Assembly (NCBI GenBank): GCA_040218735.1 | Contig: JAVJQW010000067.1 | Span: 64,001-128,000 of the forward strand | Origin: Deltaproteobacteria bacterium | GTDB lineage: Bacteria; Myxococcota; Kuafuiibacteriia; Kuafuiibacteriales; Kuafuiibacteriaceae | Direction of reading: 5' to 3' | DNA length: 64,000 nt | In this document: piece by piece, positions 1 through 9,406 of the stretch | Numbering within the stretch: position 1 is the first letter of the stretch | Layout: every line of letters begins with the position of its first letter | Notes under the pieces: model-generated | What the model was told of the DNA's origin: nothing | Database searches by the model: none | The model's input: only the letters and a program-made list of their open reading frames with translations | Made by a program: the position numbers and the translations under genes

Positions 1-499
1 AACGGCTAGGTACGGACGACGTGGGGGACGAGGTCGGTCCGCCCGGCGCCGAGATCTTTCATCCCTCGCGCCGAACCTCCACTGCTACCTCTCTCCAGAG
101 CGATGGACGGCGAGACCCGCCGTGCTGTTCGCTCTGGTCTTTGGCAACCATCGCAGCGCCCTCCCGAGCGCACGTTTTGCGGCACCAGGCCCGCGTCGGA
201 GGTCCGCCTGCGGCCGCTGGGTTGTCCCGGAGGGCCCCGGGACAATCTGGCCGTCGCCGGCGTGCCTCGTCTCGCGTCCGTTCGTCACCACCACGTCGTC
301 CGCACGGACAACCTCCGATCCGCCTAGACCCCGATCAAGGGCGTTTTTCGCGCAGCGATTTCGACGTTCTGCAAACGTTCGACAACGCTCGGGATCCGCG
401 GCGTCCGTCGATTGTCCGTCGTCCTCCGTCCCCAGGATTCACAGATTCATCCACAGGCGGTTCAGGCTCGCGCCCACCACGATCCCCAGCGGCCGGCCC

Positions 500-723
500 G
501 CAACACGTTGGCGCGCAAGCGATCCCCGCCGCCGCCGCCCGGAACACAACGCCATGACTCGGTTTGCGCGACACGCGGTCTGCAACACGTTGCTGCGCAG
601 TGGGGTTTGGTCCACATGTCGCGCAACACGTTGGGCCGCAACGAAATCCAGATCCCAGGTTTCGCGAACCCTTGCGGCGCAACCTGAAGCGCTCCGCGTC
701 GTGCGGAATTCGTTGCGCCCCAC
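500..723. repeat. Phased array of a ~19-bp motif GCAACACGTTG-nnn-CGCAA with 41-bp period
   Basis: Exact GCAACACGTTG at 500, 582 and 623. Degenerate copies (7-8/11 matches) at 541, 664 and 705. CGCA(A/G) at +14 in four units (514, 596, 637, 678). Confidence 0.7.
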
Positions 724-798
724 CAAGTTGTCGGTGCGAGTCGCACTCGTTTCGCAAAGCGGTTCATGGGGCTCGAAACATCCGCTAGATTCGGCCCG

Positions 799-1629
799 AT
801 GGGACAAGCCGCCACCCAAGATCCCCCGGCACCGGTGACCTGCGCCGAGTGTTCGACGGAGAACCGATCCGGCGCGCGCTTCTGTAAAGCGTGCGGCGGA
901 TCCATCGCGCCACCGCCCGCCTGCCCGAAGTGTCAGGCGGAGATCGTCGCCGACGCGAAGTTTTGTTCGGAGTGCGGCGCGAAGCTCGTCGGCGCGCGCC
1001 CCGCGCCGAAGCCGAGCGCGCCGCCCGCCGCTGCGCCGAAGCCCAAACCCAAGGCGTCGAAAGCGCCTCCCCCGCCACCGAAGAAGGTCACGCCGTCGTC
1101 GAACATCACGACGAACCTCCTCTTCTTCGCGGCGATCCTGATGGCGTTGGTCGTGGTCATCTACGTGATGAACAAGGACGAGCCCAAGACGATCAGCCCG
1201 TTCCAGGGCGGCCCCGCGCCGGGCGCCGCCACGAAGCCGCCGGACGCCACGCCGCCGCCGTCCACCGCAGCGGCCGCGCCGGCCGCTGCGCCGGTGAAAG
1301 GCCGTATTCAGCTGTCGGAAGCGCTCAAGAATGAGGGCGTAGGGACGATCTACCTGATCGTGCGGAACCAGGGCATGCCGAACCGCGGCCCGCCGATCGC
1401 GGTGCGCAAGATCGACGCGAGCGCGCTCCCCGTGGAGTTCACCGTCGGACCGCAAGACGTGATGATGCCGAACATGCCCTTCACCGGCCCCTTCGATCTG
1501 TACGCGCGCCTCGATCGCGACGGCAACGCGATGACGAAGGAGCCCGGCGACGTCATCAACGAACAACCCACGTCGGGCGTGAAGCCGGGCGACGCCAACG
1601 TCGAGATCGTCCTCGACAAACGTCTGTGA
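799..1629 (+). CDS. Double zinc-ribbon membrane protein with C-terminal CcmI/CycH-like Ig domain
   Basis: Four CxxC pairs (CAEC, CKAC, CPKC, CSEC), Pro/Lys linker, one TM helix, C-terminal 'GPPIAVRK...LPVEFTVG...YARLDRDGNA'. ATG at 799 chosen over TTG/GTG alternatives upstream. Confidence 0.75.
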   Translation: MGQAATQDPPAPVTCAECSTENRSGARFCKACGGSIAPPPACPKCQAEIVADAKFCSECGAKLVGARPAPKPSAPPAAAPKPKPKASKAPPPPPKKVTPSSNITTNLLFFAAILMALVVVIYVMNKDEPKTISPFQGGPAPGAATKPPDATPPPSTAAAAPAAAPVKGRIQLSEALKNEGVGTIYLIVRNQGMPNRGPPIAVRKIDASALPVEFTVGPQDVMMPNMPFTGPFDLYARLDRDGNAMTKEPGDVINEQPTSGVKPGDANVEIVLDKRL

Positions 1630-1639
1630 GAGGAGCCGC

Positions 1640-3040
1640 TTGACCCAGCCCGATCCCGAAAAGCCGATCGAGACCGGAGACCTCGAGGCGCTGTCCGAGG
1701 ACGACCGGCACCTGATCGTGGAGCTGCTCCCGGACGGTCGCATGCGTGCGCCCGAGCAGGCGACGCGCGACATCCTGCGCGACCGCCTCCGCCGCGCGGA
1801 GGTGCTCCCCACGGGTCACGGCTGGGCGGTGCTCCGCGCGCTCGCGCCGTCGGAGGTGAGTGACACGCAGGCCCGCCGCGAAGTCGTCGCGGCCGGGACG
1901 ATGGACGAGTCCGGGCTGTCGGTGATCGACTTCATCGGCTTCCTCGCGTCGGGGTACCAAACCGGCGTGCTCGCGGTGTCGAACCACGAGACCGAGCGGG
2001 CGATCTACTTTCACAACGGGGACGTCGTGTGGGCCTCGTCCAGCTCGCCGGAGGATCGCCTCGGCGAGCTGCTCGTCACGCGCGGCAAGATCACGCGTGC
2101 GCAGCTCGACCAGGTGACCGAAGGCGGCGCACGGCGCATCGGCCAACGCCTCGTCGAGCTGGACTTCATCGCGGCCCACGACCTGTGGACGATGGTCCAA
2201 GCGCAGCTGCGCGAGATCTTCGATCGTCTCCTCGCGATGGACTCGGGCGTGTGGTCCTTCGCGCGCGTCTCCGAGGAGGTCCTCGCGGAGTCGCAGATCC
2301 ACATGTCCACGCAGGGCCTGTTGGTCGACGCGCTCCGGCGCCTCGACGAGCTGCAGGTCTATCGGCAGCGCGTCCGCTCGTGGGACGTCGTCATCGAGCG
2401 CAAGACGGTGGCGAGCGCGGCGGACGCCGGCGACACCAAGGAGAACCTCGAGCGCGTGACGAAGGAGCTGCGCACGGACGGCGCCGCGCTGTTGGCGCAC
2501 CTGCCTGCGAGCGCGTCGATTCGCACGCTGATGCGGCTCCTCGGCAAGAGTGAATTCGAAGTCACGCGCACGGTCTATCACCTGCTCCGCGCGAACCTCG
2601 TCGCGATCGTCGAGCACGAGACTGGCCCCATCCCCCGCCGCAACCCGGTCACGAGCAAGCAGGCGGCGGAGATCGTCGAGATCTACTCGATGGCGCTGCG
2701 CGAGATGTTCGAGGAGGTCGCTCGCATCCACCGCGCGGCGCTCCTGCACAAGACGGCGACGGAGTTCTTGCGGGACGAAGCGTCGGGCACCGAGTTCACG
2801 GCGTTCTACAAGACCGTGCAGCTCGGGACGGACGGGACGATCGACGCCGAGCGGATCCTCGAAGGCCTCGACGACGCCGACCTCGCGCCGCAGCAGCTCT
2901 CGGACGCACTCTCGGAGATGATGTTCTTCGTCCTGTTCCAGACCACCGAGGTCCTCGGGCGCCGCCGCGGTGACGACCTCGCGCGCCGCGTCAAGATGAT
3001 CCACGGCATGCTCACGAACGGACTGAGCGAAGCCGAATGA
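1640..3040 (+). CDS. DUF4388 (PatA-N-like) domain protein
   Basis: 'TGVLAVS...RAIYFHNGDVVWASSS...RLGELLV...RIGQRLVE' pattern typical of myxobacterial DUF4388 proteins. TTG start after a GAGGAG RBS. Confidence 0.8.
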   Translation: MTQPDPEKPIETGDLEALSEDDRHLIVELLPDGRMRAPEQATRDILRDRLRRAEVLPTGHGWAVLRALAPSEVSDTQARREVVAAGTMDESGLSVIDFIGFLASGYQTGVLAVSNHETERAIYFHNGDVVWASSSSPEDRLGELLVTRGKITRAQLDQVTEGGARRIGQRLVELDFIAAHDLWTMVQAQLREIFDRLLAMDSGVWSFARVSEEVLAESQIHMSTQGLLVDALRRLDELQVYRQRVRSWDVVIERKTVASAADAGDTKENLERVTKELRTDGAALLAHLPASASIRTLMRLLGKSEFEVTRTVYHLLRANLVAIVEHETGPIPRRNPVTSKQAAEIVEIYSMALREMFEEVARIHRAALLHKTATEFLRDEASGTEFTAFYKTVQLGTDGTIDAERILEGLDDADLAPQQLSDALSEMMFFVLFQTTEVLGRRRGDDLARRVKMIHGMLTNGLSEAE

Positions 3041-3663
3041 ACCGACGCACGGCGACGCTCGCCCTCGCCCTCCTGGCCGTCGCCTGCAAGGAGGAGGCGA
3101 AGGCCCCCGAAACCGAACGCGACGCCGGCGCGCAGATCACCGCGCTCGACGCCCCGGACCTCGGCGTCCGTGTGCCACTGCTGTCGAGCTGGCGCGCTGT
3201 GACGACACCGGCGAGCGACGAGGAAGGCGCGAGGACCGTCGCGGCCGCGCGCCGCCTCCCCGAGAAGAAGCCTTTCCTCGCCGTCCCCCGCCTCGTGCTC
3301 ACGGTGCAGGAGACGGTGATGCAGGAGCCCGAGCCGGTCTTCCGGGACACCCTGCAGGAGCTGAAGTCGATCGGCACGCGCACGAACGTGCAGGTCATAC
3401 GGACGGCGTTGTCCAGCCGCCCGATCGCGGGCGGCACCATCGGGGACATCGAGATGGTCTACACGCTCCTGGGTCCGAAGCAGACCGCCAAGACGATCGT
3501 CCACCGATCGATCGTCGCTTTACGTACTCGCTCGGACGAAAGCCGTGCCATCGTCTCGGCCACGGCCACCTACCTCCAGAACGACCGCGAGTTGGTCGGG
3601 GCGGAGGTGCAGGTGATGTTGGACGGCTTCGAGCTGTACCCGCCGCAGAAGACGACACCATGA
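3037..3663 (+). CDS. Putative lipoprotein
   Basis: Lipobox-type signal MNRRTATLALALLAVA-C. ATGA overlaps with both neighbours. Confidence 0.75.
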   Translation: MNRRTATLALALLAVACKEEAKAPETERDAGAQITALDAPDLGVRVPLLSSWRAVTTPASDEEGARTVAAARRLPEKKPFLAVPRLVLTVQETVMQEPEPVFRDTLQELKSIGTRTNVQVIRTALSSRPIAGGTIGDIEMVYTLLGPKQTAKTIVHRSIVALRTRSDESRAIVSATATYLQNDRELVGAEVQVMLDGFELYPPQKTTP

Positions 3664-4733
3664 CGGAAGACAACCTGACCGAGCTCGTCCCGCCGCTCCG
3701 CGACGTGGACCGCAAACCGATCGCCGGCCTCCCCGACGAACTGATCGAGCTGCACCTGCACGCCGGCGGCGCAGTAGCGCCCCACATCCTCTACGCGATG
3801 GCCCACGAGCAGGGCTTCAAGCTGCCCGTGAAGACGTACTTCGAGTTCGTCGACCTCGTGTCGTCGAACCCGAACAAGGTGAAGAGCCTCGACGACTATC
3901 TGAAGATCCTCCACGAGTGGACGGAGAAGATTCAGTCGAGCCCGCACGCGATCGAACGCGCCGTCTACGAGATCCTCGCGAAGGAGTACCGCGGCTCACG
4001 TGTCAGCACGATGGAGCTGCGCTTCAACCCGATGAAGCGCAACCTCGGCGGCGAGCGGGACGTCGACCACATCATCCACGCGGCGCTGCGCGGGCTGGAC
4101 CGCGCGTGCCTCGAGTACGGCATCAACGCCGGGCTGATCTTCTGCCTCGCGCGGGAGTTCTCGGCCGACCTCAACGACATCATCATCGAGAAGGCGATCA
4201 AGTACCGGCACCGCGGCGTGGTCGGGATCGACCTCGCGGGCACCGAGAAGAACAACCTGGAGCTTCAGAAGGAGAGCGTCGAGCGCTTCGCCTCCATGTT
4301 CCAGCGCGCCCGCGAAGCCGGCCTCAAGACGACCGTCCACACCGGCGAGACCCCGCACACCAACGCCGACGGCGTCATCGCCACCGTGCGCCGCCTGAAG
4401 GTGAACCGGATCGGCCACGGCATCCGCGCCGCCTACAGCGAAGAGGCGATGAAGATCCTCCGCGAGGAAGGCGTGACGCTGGAGATCTGCCCGACGTCGA
4501 ACCTGCACACCCGCGCGGTCGCCGACCTCGACGAGCTGAAGTTCGTCCTCCACACGTTCCTCGACCACGGCGTGAAGTTCACGATCAACACGGACGCGAC
4601 CTACATGCTGAACACGGATCTGAGGCGCGAGGTCGAGCTCCTCGCCACGGCGAACATCTTGAACGCCGACCAGATCGCGCAGTGCTTCGCCAACGCCCAC
4701 GCCGCCAGCTTCCTGGAGGGCGGCGGTGCCTGA
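3660..4733 (+). CDS. add: Adenosine/adenine deaminase family protein
   Basis: ELHLH, HTGE, RIGHG, CPTSN and INTD motifs. Confidence 0.9.
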   Translation: MTEDNLTELVPPLRDVDRKPIAGLPDELIELHLHAGGAVAPHILYAMAHEQGFKLPVKTYFEFVDLVSSNPNKVKSLDDYLKILHEWTEKIQSSPHAIERAVYEILAKEYRGSRVSTMELRFNPMKRNLGGERDVDHIIHAALRGLDRACLEYGINAGLIFCLAREFSADLNDIIIEKAIKYRHRGVVGIDLAGTEKNNLELQKESVERFASMFQRAREAGLKTTVHTGETPHTNADGVIATVRRLKVNRIGHGIRAAYSEEAMKILREEGVTLEICPTSNLHTRAVADLDELKFVLHTFLDHGVKFTINTDATYMLNTDLRREVELLATANILNADQIAQCFANAHAASFLEGGGA

Positions 4734-4869
4734 CATCGTCAGGCATCGTCCGACCGACGTGCCCAGGCGGCGACCATCGGTCGGCTCCGTGAAGGGCCTG
4801 GAGGGCGGCGGTGCCTGACATCGTCAGGCATCCCAGGCGGCGACCATCGGTCGGCTCCGTGAAGGGCCT
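4712..4869. repeat. Tandem duplication (85-bp + 70-bp units) containing palindromes, between convergent genes
   Basis: Unit 1 (4712-4796) and unit 2 (4797-4866) are identical except for a 15-bp deletion (GTCCGACCGACGTGC) in unit 2. Each contains the hairpin TGCCTGAC-ATC-GTCAGGCA. Confidence 0.9.
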
Positions 4870-4880
4870 CGAGGCCTGAG

Positions 4881-7800
4881 CTACTGCTTCTTCTTCAGCG
4901 GCGTGTTCCAGATCAGCGGGCGCGTGCGCGGCAGCGTCACCGTGTCGGACTCCACGGCCTCGTAGCCTTCCATCTCCAGTCGCACGCGATACGGCACGTT
5001 CGCCTGCAGGCCGTCGATCGTGACCGGGGTCTTCTTCGCGTGCCGCTCGCCGTTGATGAAGACCGTCGCCCCCGGCGGCGTCGACTGCAGGACGAGCTGC
5101 GGCTTGCCGGGGAGGATCATCGGGATCGCGAGGAACGCGACGCCGCAGAGGAGCACGACGGCGACCGCGACCAGACCGACGATCAGCGCGCGTTTCTTGG
5201 TCGAGGGCCCACCGGGCGCGGCCATCGCCGGGATGTTCTGCATCTCCAGCGGGGGCCCCAACGGCGCGGTGTCCGTGGCCGGGTTCATCGGCGTGAGGTT
5301 CTGCGGCGTGAAGTGCAACGCGGAGCCGGTCGCCTTCGGCGGTGCGTCCTCGGGGCGAACGACCTCCCGGATGCGGCGCCCCAGCATCGACGCGGAGCGG
5401 CCCGGCACGGAGACGTCCCGCGCCGCCGGCTGACTCGGTGAGCTCAGACGCGCGTCCGCGGGGTTCGACAGCACCGCGGACAGCGACAGGTTCGACGGGG
5501 GCACGTTGGTGCTCCCGATCCGCCCCGCGTTCGGGTTCGGCGCGTTGAGCGGCTTGGGCACCTCCGGCGCGATGAGCGCCGAGTACTCCTCGCCCGCGAT
5601 GCTGGGGACGTTCGCCGGCTCGTCGCTGTCATCGAGCGGGCTCGGCTGCACCGGCGGCGCGTCGTCGTCGTCGTCGATCGCAAACTCGAAGTCGAGGCCG
5701 CCCAGCTCGGGGAGGCTCGGCTCCGGCTCACCGGCCGGCGCGTGGAGCTCGGAGGGGTGCACCCCCGTCGACGTACGCTCCTCGCCGCCGTCCTGCGTCT
5801 CGTCGTGATCCGCGGCGACGCGGTTGAGGCGAATCGCGCCGAGCGCCTCCTGGCCTCGCTTGGGTTTCGGGCTCGGAGGTTTGGTCTCGGCTTCGAACGA
5901 CGGCGCCTCCGTCGGCATCTCGGGCTGCTTGGTCGGGTCGTAGCTCCCGCCGACCGGGACGTCGACGCCGGCCGACAGGTAGTCGGACGTCACGCCGGCG
6001 ACGGTGCGTCCGTCTTCGTCCCCGCGGTCGACGAACGGGACGGGCAGCTCGGGCTCCTCGTCCATCGCGCGGACCGTCTCGGAGTGCTCCTGACCCATCG
6101 CGCCGATGTCGGGCATCGCGCCGAGGTCGTCGTCGTCGTCGTCGTGCAGCGCGGCGAGCATGTCGACGGACGGCCCGCCGGCGATCGTTGCGTCGCTCGA
6201 CCACGCGGTGCTGTCCGGCCGCGACGCGGACTCGGGCAACATGCCCTCTGCGAACTCGCGGGTCTTGTCGTCGTCGTACTCGACGCGCACACCACCGTCG
6301 CCGATGTCCGAGTCGTAGCGGTTGGCGGCGATCGTCGCGTCGCCCTCGAAGTCGACGGCGGCGCGCTCCGCCATCTCGACCGTGACCTTCGACACCGCGA
6401 TCGTGGCATCGTTCGTCGAGTCGACCCGGATGGCCGCGCCGGTCGCGATCGTCCGGTCGATCACCGGCTCCGCGTCCATCAGGTCGAGGTCCACGTCGTC
6501 GTCGTCGTAGACGACGATCGGCTCGTGATCCGCGACGGGCTGCGGGTCGAGCGAGAACTCGCCGGTCGCCGCGTACGCGTCACGCGACGCCGTCTCGTCG
6601 TCCCAGATGGCGGGGTCGCCGGCGATCGTCGCGTCGCCCTCGAAGTTGTCGGACAGCTCGCCCCACGCGTCCGGGTCGTCCTCGAACACGTCGTCCATCG
6701 AGTCGACCGCGTCCGCGAGCATCTCGCCCGTGGTGGGGCCGACGCTCGCCTCCGACGCGCTCGCCGTGTCGTTCGGGTCCAGCGCGACGATCTCCGAGGA
6801 GTCGACGGCCGGGACGTCCGAGCCGAGCAGCTCCTCCACCGGCGGCGCGCCATCGGGGTAGCCGACCGTCGCCTCGTCCCACGGGTCGTCCGAGAAGAAC
6901 GCGTCGTCGTCGCCGCCGTCCTCGAGGGGACCGAGGAGCGACTCACCGACGTCCATCGCGAGCACCTCGGACGGTGTGTCGACCTTGGGCCGGTCCGGGA
7001 GCGTCCCCGGTCGTATCTCGTCCGGGTTGAGCGTCACCGACTCGGACAGCAGCGACACCTCGTCGGTGCGCGGCCGCGGCGGAGGCTCGGCGGCCTCCGG
7101 CGGGGGTTGGTGCGGCGGCGCGAACTCGGTCTTGTCGTCGTCGTAGGGTGTCTTCTTCCGCGGGACCGTCTCGTCGCGCGGGCTCCCCGGGATCGCGTCG
7201 AGGCCGTGGACCGTCGCGTCCTCGTCCCAAGGATCCTCGTCGTCGTCGTCACCTTCCGGACGCTCGATGACGCCCTCCTCCAGCATCACGCCGCGGGAGT
7301 CGTCGAGCGGCTGGACCATCGAGTTCGACGGCGCCGGGATCGGCGGCCGCGGGTCGACGCTCCCGCCCCCTCGCCCGCGGCGGAGCGGCACGAGCTCCTC
7401 GGACGGCTCGGGCGCTTCGAGCGCGGCGTCGCTCGCCTCCTCGACGTCGATGTCGTCGTCACTCGCCTCCTCGCCGTCGAAGTCCGGGAGGATGACCTCG
7501 CCGACGCCCTGGAACACGACGGTGCCGCCGCGTTCGCGCGACAGCTCCTCTTCGAAGAGGTCCGACACCCACTTGCTGATCGTGATGTTGTTGACGCGCT
7601 CGCCGCTCCCGTTGACGAAGTCTTCCAGGGCGACCTGCAGCTCCTGAGCGTTTGCGTAACGCTCGTTCGGATCCTTGGTGAGCGCGTTGTCGATGATCTC
7701 GGCGAGGGTGTCCGGGATGTCGGGGTTGAGCTTGCGGCAGTCGACGTGCGGGTCCTGCACGATCGACTTGAGCGTCTGGATCGAGTTCTCCTTCTCGAAC

Positions 7801-8495
7801 GGGCGCCGCCCGCACAGCAGCTCGTACAGGACGATGCCGGCGGCGAAGAGGTCGGACCGCGCGTCGGTCTCCTCGCCGCGGATCTGCTCCGGCGACATGT
7901 ACGCGTACTTGCCCTTGAGGACACCGGCGCGGGTGTGGGCGATCTTGGTCGCGGCCTTCGCGATCCCGAAGTCGACGAGCTTCACCGTCCCGGAGAAGGA
8001 CACGATGATGTTCTGCGGAGAGACGTCGCGGTGGACGATCTTGAGCGGTCGCCCGTCGATGTCCTTGCGCGTATGCGCGTAGTACAGACCTTCGCAGGCC
8101 TGCGCGAGGCAGCGCGCGATGTACGTCGGAGGGAGCTTCTGTCCGAGCCCGCGCGCCTTCTTCGCGACCGAGGACAGGTTGCGGCCCGGGATGTACTCCA
8201 TCGCGATGAAGTAGGTCTCGTCGGACTTCCCGAGGTCGTAGATCTGGACGATGTTGGGGTGCGAGAGCTTCGCGACGATCCGGGCTTCGTCCCGGAACAT
8301 GTTGATGAACTCTTCGTCGTAGGCGAGGTGCGCGAGGATGCGTTTGATCGCGACGACCTTCTCGAAGCCCTCCATCCCGACCATCTTGGCGAGGAACAGC
8401 TCCGCCATTCCGCCGGTCGCGATCTTACGGAGGACCTCGTATCGCCCGATGCGTTCGTGGGCACCGGATGAGTGACTGGCCAGCACCGGTTCCAA
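4881..8495 (-). CDS. Hanks-type Ser/Thr protein kinase with long acidic linker, TM helix and PEGA domain
   Basis: GGMAELF, AIKR, HRDVSPQN, DFG and YMSPEQ motifs. C-terminal TM helix followed by 'STPPGATVFING...LEMEGY' (PEGA). Confidence 0.92.
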   Translation of the reverse strand: MEPVLASHSSGAHERIGRYEVLRKIATGGMAELFLAKMVGMEGFEKVVAIKRILAHLAYDEEFINMFRDEARIVAKLSHPNIVQIYDLGKSDETYFIAMEYIPGRNLSSVAKKARGLGQKLPPTYIARCLAQACEGLYYAHTRKDIDGRPLKIVHRDVSPQNIIVSFSGTVKLVDFGIAKAATKIAHTRAGVLKGKYAYMSPEQIRGEETDARSDLFAAGIVLYELLCGRRPFEKENSIQTLKSIVQDPHVDCRKLNPDIPDTLAEIIDNALTKDPNERYANAQELQVALEDFVNGSGERVNNITISKWVSDLFEEELSRERGGTVVFQGVGEVILPDFDGEEASDDDIDVEEASDAALEAPEPSEELVPLRRGRGGGSVDPRPPIPAPSNSMVQPLDDSRGVMLEEGVIERPEGDDDDEDPWDEDATVHGLDAIPGSPRDETVPRKKTPYDDDKTEFAPPHQPPPEAAEPPPRPRTDEVSLLSESVTLNPDEIRPGTLPDRPKVDTPSEVLAMDVGESLLGPLEDGGDDDAFFSDDPWDEATVGYPDGAPPVEELLGSDVPAVDSSEIVALDPNDTASASEASVGPTTGEMLADAVDSMDDVFEDDPDAWGELSDNFEGDATIAGDPAIWDDETASRDAYAATGEFSLDPQPVADHEPIVVYDDDDVDLDLMDAEPVIDRTIATGAAIRVDSTNDATIAVSKVTVEMAERAAVDFEGDATIAANRYDSDIGDGGVRVEYDDDKTREFAEGMLPESASRPDSTAWSSDATIAGGPSVDMLAALHDDDDDDLGAMPDIGAMGQEHSETVRAMDEEPELPVPFVDRGDEDGRTVAGVTSDYLSAGVDVPVGGSYDPTKQPEMPTEAPSFEAETKPPSPKPKRGQEALGAIRLNRVAADHDETQDGGEERTSTGVHPSELHAPAGEPEPSLPELGGLDFEFAIDDDDDAPPVQPSPLDDSDEPANVPSIAGEEYSALIAPEVPKPLNAPNPNAGRIGSTNVPPSNLSLSAVLSNPADARLSSPSQPAARDVSVPGRSASMLGRRIREVVRPEDAPPKATGSALHFTPQNLTPMNPATDTAPLGPPLEMQNIPAMAAPGGPSTKKRALIVGLVAVAVVLLCGVAFLAIPMILPGKPQLVLQSTPPGATVFINGERHAKKTPVTIDGLQANVPYRVRLEMEGYEAVESDTVTLPRTRPLIWNTPLKKKQ

Positions 8496-8579
8496 AGTTG
8501 CTAGGGGGCCTCGAACCCCTCGTGAAGCCTACGGTAGCCCGAAATCGGCGTCAAACACGCTCCGGGCCGCTGGGGGCGC

Positions 8580-9350
8580 TCATTTCGGGGTGAATTCTGC
8601 GGAGATCAGCGCCCAGGCGTGCACCACGGCGCCATCGCGACCGTCGTTGTACACCGCAGCGCGTCGCGGGAGCACGAAGCCGCCCAGCTCGACCCGCCCG
8701 TCCCATTCGACGCGGGCCACGATGAACGGGGCGATGTCGCGGCCCGTGGTGTCCATCCGCACCACCTGTCCTCCCTCGTGCCACACGACGATCTGGTCGT
8801 AGGCCGACGTCGCCGTCGGCGGATCGCCCCAGGTGAAGAAGGCGCGGCGCCGGCCCGCCACTGAGGGCAGACCGCGACGGTACGGAACGGACGCGGCAAC
8901 GAACGGGAGCTCGAAGAGGTGGCGGACCGAATCGAGCACCAGCCCGGTCGCGTCTCGGTCTTGGCGCGTGTCGACGCGCCCCCGCCGCGTCTGGTCCCCG
9001 TCCTGCAGCGTGTAGTCGTAGACGCCGTGGACCCCCGGCTCGAAGCGGAGGGTGAGCAGCACGTCGGACTCCTCGAGCCCGAACGCGAGGCGCGCCGGCG
9101 TGAACGGGACCGAGCCGCGCAGCTTCATCTCGATCGCCGGCTGCGACGCCCAGCGCTCGGGGGCGCCGTGAAAGGCGCCGACCTCATCGAGGAAGTGCTG
9201 CGCGTCGGCCTCGCTCCCGAGGGGCCCCACGTCGAGCGACGCGAGCAGCAAGTCGGTCCGGAACACGACGAGCGCCGCCACCCCGAGGAGCAGCACCAGG
9301 GCACACAAGAACCCGAGCGCACGCAGCACCCCGCGTCGTATCGGCGTCAC
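8580..9350 (-). CDS. Hypothetical membrane-anchored protein
   Basis: N-terminal hydrophobic helix; divergent from tetR; fills the gap between genes. Confidence 0.65.
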   Translation of the reverse strand: MTPIRRGVLRALGFLCALVLLLGVAALVVFRTDLLLASLDVGPLGSEADAQHFLDEVGAFHGAPERWASQPAIEMKLRGSVPFTPARLAFGLEESDVLLTLRFEPGVHGVYDYTLQDGDQTRRGRVDTRQDRDATGLVLDSVRHLFELPFVAASVPYRRGLPSVAGRRRAFFTWGDPPTATSAYDQIVVWHEGGQVVRMDTTGRDIAPFIVARVEWDGRVELGGFVLPRRAAVYNDGRDGAVVHAWALISAEFTPK

Positions 9351-9373
9351 GATCCCAGGCTAAGCGTGGTTGT

Positions 9374-9401
9374 TATTTTTATTCAATCCAGTACAAAAAT
9401 A
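9374..9401. promoter_or_regulatory. Probable TetR operator/promoter (AT-rich inverted repeat)
   Basis: TATTTTT-N14-AAAAATA in the short AT-rich gap between divergent genes, just upstream of tetR. Confidence 0.55.
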
Positions 9402-9406
9402 TCGAC

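Noticed and set aside
500-723. CRISPR array interpretation of the 41-bp periodic motif
   Set aside because: The repeats are too short and degenerate, the period is below the CRISPR range, and no cas genes are visible. Kept only as an unexplained phased array.
6-838. Short ORFs at the left end
   Set aside because: Low-complexity Arg/Pro/Ser translations with no codon bias or motifs; the region looks non-coding.
5742-8471. Long antisense ORFs (909 aa here; also 23208-26093, 20673-23147, 37814-39874, 31465-33438 and others)
   Set aside because: They lie opposite well-supported genes and are Arg/Val/Gly-rich shadows expected from high-GC codon bias. None has recognisable motifs.
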